The position numbers and the translations under genes were made by a program. The notes beneath the pieces were generated by a model, which saw only the letters and a program-made list of their open reading frames with translations, was not told the origin of the DNA and made no database searches. Shown here piece by piece: positions 57,905-64,000 of a DNA stretch of 64,000 nt. The first letter of the stretch is position 1. The number at the start of each line of letters is the position of its first letter. Source of the DNA: Minisyncoccota bacterium (lineage in GTDB: Bacteria; Patescibacteriota; Patescibacteriia; Patescibacteriales; UBA12465); contig JAIPJA010000001.1 of NCBI GenBank assembly GCA_021734405.1, positions 1,586 to 65,585 on the forward strand, given 5' to 3'.

Positions 57905-59030
57905 ATTTACTAATATTTATTAAAATCCCCATAGCCATAAGTAAAGCTATTATCGAAGAGCCTCCAGCGCTAACAAAAGGTAAAGGCACTCCTGTCATAG
58001 GCACTAAAGCTATCATTCCGCCTATATTTAAAAACACTTGTATTATTATCCAGGTTACTATCCCTAAAGATAGCAAGCTACCAAAGTTATCGTCAATTTT
58101 TTTAGAGATAATAATACCTCGATAAAAAATAAAAATAAACAAGGAGATAAATAATAAGGAGAAAATAAAGCCTATCTCTTCAGAAATAATAGGAAAAATG
58201 GCATCAGCGCTAACTTCTGGCAAGTATAGAAACTTCTGACGACTCTCCCCTAAACCTCTACCTTCTAAACCCCCTGAACCAACAGCAATTAAAGATTGAT
58301 TAATTTGATAACAAATGTATCGAGGGCTAAAACTTGGATCTTGCATGCATTTAAAACGATTAGCCTGATATTCATTAGTACTAACAATGCCATAACCCAA
58401 CAAAGCAATAACGATTACAAAACCTATTAAAAGTCGTTTTTTCACCCCACTGACAAAAATAACCACCAAAGAACTAAAAGCAATTATAGATAAAGTCCCT
58501 AAATCTGGTTGCTTATACATTAAAAAAGCGATAACACCTAAAATAATTAAAAAAGGCCAAAAAACTTGATGAGCATCTTTAACTTGCGACTGCTTAGCCT
58601 CTAACCAAGCCGCTAAGTAAATTAAAAAAGATAATTTAACAAATTCTGAAGGTTGTAAAGAAAAACCAAAGATCTCTATCCAGCTACTGGCACTGCCATA
58701 ATTAGCTCTCAGTCCTGGAATAAAAACCAAAATTAAAAAAACAATTGAACCTAGAAGAAAATATAAAGCATTTTTCCTCCAAAAACGATAATTAATCTTA
58801 GAAAAAATAAATAAAAAAAACAAACCCACAAGAGTAAAAAGTAGTTGCTTCTCTAAATAATAATAACTATTTTCAAATTTAATATAAGCAACTACAGCTG
58901 AGGCTGAAGCTAACATTAAAAGACCAAAGACCAGAGCTATAATAACAGCTATAATTAGAGGCTTGTCCGGTTTATGCGCGCCTTTTCCTTCTTTAGTGAT
59001 TTTTTTAAAAAAATTTTTAAGTCCTAGCAT
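57888..59030 (-). CDS. ftsW: Peptidoglycan glycosyltransferase FtsW/RodA (SEDS family)
   Basis: It is polytopic and ends in GVPLPFVSAGGSS. Confidence 0.8.
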   Translation of the reverse strand: MLGLKNFFKKITKEGKGAHKPDKPLIIAVIIALVFGLLMLASASAVVAYIKFENSYYYLEKQLLFTLVGLFFLFIFSKINYRFWRKNALYFLLGSIVFLILVFIPGLRANYGSASSWIEIFGFSLQPSEFVKLSFLIYLAAWLEAKQSQVKDAHQVFWPFLIILGVIAFLMYKQPDLGTLSIIAFSSLVVIFVSGVKKRLLIGFVIVIALLGYGIVSTNEYQANRFKCMQDPSFSPRYICYQINQSLIAVGSGGLEGRGLGESRQKFLYLPEVSADAIFPIISEEIGFIFSLLFISLFIFIFYRGIIISKKIDDNFGSLLSLGIVTWIIIQVFLNIGGMIALVPMTGVPLPFVSAGGSSIIALLMAMGILINISKYARDR

Positions 59031-59033
59031 AAA

Positions 59034-60083
59034 TTAAAGTCCGCGATCAAGAAAAAATAATACTAAACCAATACTAGCTGAAACCAAGGCAATTAGCCAA
59101 AAACGCATAACTATTTTGGGCTCAGTCCAGCCAATAGCTTGAAAATGGTGATGTATGGGAGTAGATAAAAATATTTTCTTTTTTCTAATCTTTTTAGAGC
59201 TAAGTTGTAAAATTACAGATAAAGACTCAACTACAAAGATTAAACCTATTACTGGCAAAAGTAAAGCATAGTTTGTAAGCATGGCAATGACAGCCAAGGT
59301 GACCCCCAAACTCATGGAACCAGTATCACCTAAATAAAACCGAGCGGGGTTTATATTAAACCATAAAAATGCTAATAAAGCACCGATAATAACTGCACAG
59401 AAAACCGCTAAGTCATAACGTCCCAGAGAAAAAGCAATTACACCATAAACAGCATAAGCTATAAGCATGGTGCCTCCAGCTAAGCCATCTAAACCGTCGG
59501 TTTCATTAACTGAAAAAGCTGTAGCTACAATCACAAAAATAAAAACCGGTATATACCACCACCCGATCTCAAAACTTCCTAAAAAAGGCACATGTAAAAC
59601 TGTCCAATCTAACTTAAAATAAAACCATAAAGCTCCAACTAAAGCTATAAAAGCAAAGATTGCCAATCTATGAGAAAGACTAAGACCACCACCGCCAAAA
59701 ATTCCTTTACCTCTCACATCAAGCCAATCGTCAACTAATCCTATCAAAGCTGTAGCTATTAAAGCGCCTAGAGGTAAAAGAGTTTCTTGTCGAGACAAAA
59801 AATTTAAAGAGCCTAAAAGGGTTCCAGGAAAAATATCACTTAAAAAAGCAAACACAATGATAAACAATAAGACGGTTAACCAAATTAAAATACCTCCCAT
59901 GGTTGGAGTACCGGCTTTATGAGCGTGTAATTTAGAAAAAATTGGTGTCTTGCCACTACTTCTAATGGACTTACCTAACTTATATTTATACAAAAAATGA
60001 GTTAAAAGTGGGGTCCATAAAATAGCAAAAATAAAAGCTAGAGTGGAGAATAAAAGAATTCTTGTAATTTGAAATTCAGGCAT
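59034..60083 (-). CDS. mraY: Phospho-N-acetylmuramoyl-pentapeptide transferase
   Basis: MraY membrane topology and conserved Asp-rich loops are present. Confidence 0.8.
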   Translation of the reverse strand: MPEFQITRILLFSTLAFIFAILWTPLLTHFLYKYKLGKSIRSSGKTPIFSKLHAHKAGTPTMGGILIWLTVLLFIIVFAFLSDIFPGTLLGSLNFLSRQETLLPLGALIATALIGLVDDWLDVRGKGIFGGGGLSLSHRLAIFAFIALVGALWFYFKLDWTVLHVPFLGSFEIGWWYIPVFIFVIVATAFSVNETDGLDGLAGGTMLIAYAVYGVIAFSLGRYDLAVFCAVIIGALLAFLWFNINPARFYLGDTGSMSLGVTLAVIAMLTNYALLLPVIGLIFVVESLSVILQLSSKKIRKKKIFLSTPIHHHFQAIGWTEPKIVMRFWLIALVSASIGLVLFFLDRGL

Positions 60084-60084
60084 A

Positions 60085-60480
60085 TTATCTAAAGTTTATA
60101 AAATAAAGGCTTAACATAGCCATAAGTAAAAATATATTAACAAGTAAAGCGGTTAGGGGTAAAAAATGAGCTAAAAGCGCATAAGCCTTACGTCGATAAG
60201 AACTTAAAACTAATATTAAATTAAGGAGAAAAACCACCAGACCTACTAAGGGTAAAAGGAAAATTTCTTTAGGGTCTCCCACTAAGTCAATACCAAAATC
60301 TATATTATAATGTAAAATTAAAAGAGCTCCGCTGGTATTTTTAAAGATAAAATAGGCTGATAAAAACAGCCCTACATTTAAAAATAAAGTCAGAAGAAAA
60401 TAAATACGTAAATAAACAGGTCTAAAAACCTGCTTAAAAAGCCACAGCCTCCTTCTTAGAAATACTGATATTTTAAGCAT
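60085..60480 (-). CDS. Small hypothetical membrane protein downstream of mraY
   Basis: It has 3-4 TM helices. Confidence 0.4.
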   Translation of the reverse strand: MLKISVFLRRRLWLFKQVFRPVYLRIYFLLTLFLNVGLFLSAYFIFKNTSGALLILHYNIDFGIDLVGDPKEIFLLPLVGLVVFLLNLILVLSSYRRKAYALLAHFLPLTALLVNIFLLMAMLSLYFINFR

Positions 60481-60592
60481 AAATTAAAAGATAAGCTAAA
60501 TTAACCAATACTTAACTAATTAAATCTTATCATATTTTTTAATAATAGAAAAATAATGTTATAATTATAATAGCTTAAAGTTAAAACAAACT

Positions 60593-61681
60593 ATGAAAAA
60601 CTCTATCTTCAATAAAATCATAAACTTATGTCTGTGGGAAAGCTCTGACAAGCTCTTTTTAGAACTTAACCCCAATGGTTTAAGTGTAGACTATAACCAG
60701 GATCAAAGCCAGGACCTATACCTCTCTGAGCTTAGCCGAGATAAACTGGAAAAAGAAATATTAAATCTTAACCATGGTTACTCATTAAATTCAGGAGAAA
60801 GTCTTACTTTTATAGAAACCACTTCTTTTGGTCCTAAAGAAATTACCTTAACTCGATTAGCTGGAGAATCTAAAAAATATTCTTTAGCTATAAAAAAACC
60901 TCTTAAAACTAATTATCGTTTATCAGAATTAGGTTTGCATCATTTCCTACTCAAAAAATTAAAAAATCATTTAATTAATAAAGCTCCTAAAGGATTAATA
61001 ATAGTAGCTGGTGAAAAAGCTACTGACAGAGATAAAACTATTGTGGCTCTAGCCAATCTTTTTAAAGATAAGCCCTACTCACTTCTAAACCTTAATAGTC
61101 AACTTCCCTTACAAGATGTTCTGTCTTTAGATTTAAGTTGGGGACAATCTTTGGGTTTGAGTGCTCCAGAAATTAGTAGCTTAATACGTAAACATCAGCC
61201 TGATGTGGTAATAAGCAACTTAGATAAAAAAGAATTGAAAACAGCCTTATTAGATTTAGCTCAAGAAGACCGCCTAATTATTGCTGGCATTAACTCTCCT
61301 AGCTTACAACAAGCTCTAAGTTCTTTAGCTGAGATTTGCCCTACTTCTTACCTGCAAGAAAATATTAATTTAGCTATATATCAAAAATTTCTGCCTAGAC
61401 TCTGTCCTTTTTGCCAAGCAAAACAATCATTAAATAAATATGAAAAAAATCTTTTAGATGATTTGCAGTATAGATATAATTGGAAAGAACTAGACAAAAA
61501 ATCAAGACAAGCCTTAGGTTGCAAAGAATGTCTTTACAGTGGCAGTCCTGGAGAAATTGGTCTCTTTGAGTTTTTGTCTTTTCGTGATAGAAACTTAAGT
61601 ACTGCTAATTTAATAGATGATGCTAGAAAAAAATATGAGCTAGGATTAATTGATACAACTAGCCTACTTAGCCTTAATTAA
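60593..61681 (+). CDS. GspE/PilB-family ATPase homologue lacking Walker A (probably catalytically dead)
   Basis: The C-terminal tetracysteine CPFCQ...CKEC...GEIGLFEF is typical of GspE. The P-loop position reads GLIIVAGEKATDRDKTIVALANLF, with no GxxxxGK[ST]. Confidence 0.5.
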   Translation: MKNSIFNKIINLCLWESSDKLFLELNPNGLSVDYNQDQSQDLYLSELSRDKLEKEILNLNHGYSLNSGESLTFIETTSFGPKEITLTRLAGESKKYSLAIKKPLKTNYRLSELGLHHFLLKKLKNHLINKAPKGLIIVAGEKATDRDKTIVALANLFKDKPYSLLNLNSQLPLQDVLSLDLSWGQSLGLSAPEISSLIRKHQPDVVISNLDKKELKTALLDLAQEDRLIIAGINSPSLQQALSSLAEICPTSYLQENINLAIYQKFLPRLCPFCQAKQSLNKYEKNLLDDLQYRYNWKELDKKSRQALGCKECLYSGSPGEIGLFEFLSFRDRNLSTANLIDDARKKYELGLIDTTSLLSLN

Positions 61682-62348
61682 AATGACTAAAATTTTTTGC
61701 ATAATTCCCGCCTACAACGAAGAAAAAAATATTTATCAAACTGTTAAAAAAGCTCAAAAATACCTAGAAAATATAGTAGTGGTAAATGATGGCTCTAAAG
61801 ATCAAACCGCTATTAAAGCTAAAGAAGCCGGAGCTAAGGTGTTAACTCACCCTATAAACAGAGGGCAAGGAGCAGCTCTGCAAACTGGCAACGACTATGC
61901 TTTAAAGAGGCAAGCTGATATAGTTGTTCATTTTGATGGAGACGGGCAATTTCTAGGGTCTGAAATTTTTGACTTAATAAACCCTATACAAGAAGAGGGT
62001 TATGAAGCAGTTTTTGGCTCTAGATTTTTAGAAAAAAAATCAGCTATACCTAAATTTAAAACTTATATTATTTACCCTTTAGCTAGAACTATTAACCGAA
62101 TATTTTTAAATGTTAAAACTACTGATCCGCAAAATGGTTTTAGAGCTTTAAGTAAAACCGCTTTACAAAAGATTAGAATTGACAATGACGGTATGGCTCA
62201 TTGCAGTGAAATCCTTTACAAAACTAAAAAAGCTGGGTTAAAATTCAAAGAGGTGCCAGTAACAGTTATATATAATCATTTTGGACAAAAGCTTTCCTCT
62301 GGTATTAAAATATTGAAAGATCTTTTTGTTAATAAATTAAATCAATAA
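61650..62348 (+). CDS. Family 2 glycosyltransferase (polyprenol-phosphate sugar transferase-like)
   Basis: The N-terminus is IIPAYNEEKNI...VVNDGSKDQT and a DxD-like region follows. Confidence 0.75.
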   Translation: MIQLAYLALIKMTKIFCIIPAYNEEKNIYQTVKKAQKYLENIVVVNDGSKDQTAIKAKEAGAKVLTHPINRGQGAALQTGNDYALKRQADIVVHFDGDGQFLGSEIFDLINPIQEEGYEAVFGSRFLEKKSAIPKFKTYIIYPLARTINRIFLNVKTTDPQNGFRALSKTALQKIRIDNDGMAHCSEILYKTKKAGLKFKEVPVTVIYNHFGQKLSSGIKILKDLFVNKLNQ

Positions 62349-62349
62349 T

Positions 62350-62694
62350 ATGTGGCAACAAATTATCGCTCTAATAGTTATCTTATTTTTTTTAACTCGC
62401 CTATTTTCTCAAAAGAATAAAAAAAATATTAGTCAAGCTGAATTCGCTCTTTGGTTAGTTTTTTGGGCACTGGCAGCAGTAGCCATTATATTTCTAAAAC
62501 AAATTGATGCCTTCTTGTATGAATTAGGATTTTCTGGTGGAGGTATTAATTTTCTTCTTTACTTAGCGGTAATGATATTATTTTTCCTAATTTTCCGTTT
62601 GCGCTTAAAATATCAACAGCTAAATCAAAAATTAACTGAAGTTGTGAGAAAAATAACTTTAGAAACCGCTAATAAAGAGGATAGACAAAAGTAA
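62350..62694 (+). CDS. Small membrane protein coupled to the GT2 gene (DUF2304/GtrA-like context)
   Basis: It has 3 TM helices and a 1-nt gap from the GT2 gene. Confidence 0.4.
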   Translation: MWQQIIALIVILFFLTRLFSQKNKKNISQAEFALWLVFWALAAVAIIFLKQIDAFLYELGFSGGGINFLLYLAVMILFFLIFRLRLKYQQLNQKLTEVVRKITLETANKEDRQK

Positions 62695-62696
62695 TT

Positions 62697-63812
62697 ATGA
62701 AAATTGCACAAATAGTCTGCTCATTTCCTCCCTATAAGGGTGGTATAGGTAATTCTGCTTGGCGCTTAAAAAAACTCATAGAACCAGAAATAGACTTAGA
62801 AACCTTTACTTTTAAACAAAGCGACTTAGGTGAAAATGAATTAACAGATAAAAACACTTATTACTTAAAACCTTTAATAAAAATGGGGCAAGCAGCTTTT
62901 TTGCCTCAGATTTTTTTTAAATTAAACAAATTTGATAGTATTATACTTCACTATCCTTTTTTTGGTGTTATGGAAGTAGTTTGGCTACAACGCCTTTTAA
63001 GTCGAAAAAAGTCCAAGCTAATAATTTTCTATCACATGGATGTGCCTCGACTGTCTTACTTAAATCAAATACTGAGCTTACCTGGTCGCTTGTTAGGCAG
63101 GCAACTTATAAAACAAGCTGATAAAGTTGTTGTCTCTAGTTATGACTACCTAGAAAATAGTGCTATAAAAAATATATACAAAAAATATCCTGAAAAATTT
63201 ACTGCCATTCCCTTTGCTATAGATACTGAAAAATTTAGACCTGAAAAAATTGACTACGCCCAAGAAAAAAACTCCCAGGTTCGCTTATTATTCGTGGGGG
63301 GATTGGATAAAGCCCACTACTTCAAAGGCGTAGACAAGTTAATAAAAGCTGTTTCTAATCTAAGAAACAGTAATTGGCACTTAGATATTATTGGTTCAGG
63401 CTCTTTAGTGCCTGAGCTAAAAAACTTAAGTCAAAAATTAAATTTAGAAGCTAAGATAAACTTTGGACAAAAACTTTCTGATAAGGCTTTTCTAGAAAAA
63501 TATAGACAAGCTGATATATTAATATTACCTTCAATAAATAAACACGAAGCCTTTGGCTTGGTAATTATAGAAGCCATGGCTTCAGGCACGGCTATTATTG
63601 CCAGTTCTCTACCTGGGGTGCGAACGGTTTTTTCTGAAGGTAGTGGCTTAAAAGTTAAGCCTGGAGATATAAAAGATTTAGCTAAAAAAATTGATTATCT
63701 TATAGACAGACCTAGACTTTTAGTGGCCATGAAAAAAAAAGCCCGCCAAGAAGCTAAAGATAAATATAATCTAAATAAAGCTAAGGAGTCTTGGCTAAAA
63801 TTACTTACATGA
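62697..63812 (+). CDS. Family 1 (GT4) glycosyltransferase
   Basis: The C-terminal motif is EAFGLVIIEAMASGTAIIAS. Confidence 0.75.
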   Translation: MKIAQIVCSFPPYKGGIGNSAWRLKKLIEPEIDLETFTFKQSDLGENELTDKNTYYLKPLIKMGQAAFLPQIFFKLNKFDSIILHYPFFGVMEVVWLQRLLSRKKSKLIIFYHMDVPRLSYLNQILSLPGRLLGRQLIKQADKVVVSSYDYLENSAIKNIYKKYPEKFTAIPFAIDTEKFRPEKIDYAQEKNSQVRLLFVGGLDKAHYFKGVDKLIKAVSNLRNSNWHLDIIGSGSLVPELKNLSQKLNLEAKINFGQKLSDKAFLEKYRQADILILPSINKHEAFGLVIIEAMASGTAIIASSLPGVRTVFSEGSGLKVKPGDIKDLAKKIDYLIDRPRLLVAMKKKARQEAKDKYNLNKAKESWLKLLT

Positions 63813-64000
63813 AGATTGGGATTATAAACAATTTATACAAACCTTATGAGCGAGGTGGAGCTGAGACTGTAATAGAGACTATTAAATTAGGTTTAGAAAA
63901 AAAGGGTCATCAAGTTTTTGTTATTAGCTCTTATCCTAGTTTTTTTGCTTTTAAGCAGATTAAGATTATTTCTAAAAATTATTTTCTGCCTTCTGCTTAT
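63809..64000 (+). CDS. GT4 glycosyltransferase, N-terminal part (truncated by the window end)
   Basis: MKIGIINNLYKPYERGGAETVIE is a typical GT4 N-terminus. Its ATG overlaps the previous stop (ATGA). Confidence 0.6.
   Translation, partial: MKIGIINNLYKPYERGGAETVIETIKLGLEKKGHQVFVISSYPSFFAFKQIKIISKNYFLPSAY

Noticed and set aside
1-64000. Alternative genetic code (UGA recoded, as in some CPR lineages)
   Set aside because: A full-length RF2 (prfB, SPF motif) is present. TGA terminates the terminase gene exactly at a gene junction. Protein lengths are normal with standard translation.
1-64000. CRISPR array
   Set aside because: No regularly spaced direct repeats of 25-40 bp were seen anywhere in the window. 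The only iterated repeats are the three replication iterons.

Overview
This is an AT-rich, small-genome bacterial window, plausibly a CPR/Patescibacteria-like host (inference from low GC and trimmed core proteins). It uses standard stop codons: TGA terminates the terminase gene, and an in-frame RF2 gene (prfB) is present. A roughly 37-kb siphovirus-like prophage, about 7.1/8.2-44.2 kb, is inserted into host chromosome.

Host genes on the left, all on the minus strand:
- a sensor histidine kinase
- a Rossmann-fold dehydrogenase
- a ComEC-like protein
- prfB
- a toxin-antitoxin pair made of an XRE-HTH+DUF4065 (Panacea-like) antitoxin and a RelE/ParE (HigB/Gp49-like) toxin

Host genes on the right:
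- a ribosomal/rpoA cluster: rpsI-rplM-rplQ-rpoA-rpsD-rpsK-rpsM-rpmJ-infA
- a short alaS, a thioredoxin and murB
- a 5'-truncated tyrosine-recombinase fragment
- two unknown envelope proteins
- the dcw genes murC-murG-ftsW-mraY
- a Walker-A-less GspE/PilB-like protein and a glycosyltransferase cluster

Every prophage gene is on the minus strand. From right to left:
- a Walker-A ATPase
- a replication initiator with iterons embedded in its own gene
- a ParB-DNA methyltransferase fusion
- the large terminase, three unknown genes, and a portal fused to an SPP1 gp7-like domain
- an HK97-type prohead protease and major capsid protein
- connector and tail genes, a tape-measure protein, a Gly-rich tail fibre, and an amidase endolysin with holin

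A lysogeny/cargo module follows:
- a divergent-promoter switch with a lac-operator-like palindrome and a 44-aa basic ORF
- an XRE repressor and ImmA protease
- a complete type I restriction-modification system (hsdR-hsdM-hsdS)
- six further tightly coupled genes of unknown function, including a Cas4/RecB-like Cys4 nuclease, a second PD-(D/E)xK-like protein and two membrane proteins
- the integrase

The six-gene cassette co-transcribed with the type I RM system under XRE/ImmA control is the best candidate for an undescribed phage-borne defence or exclusion module.
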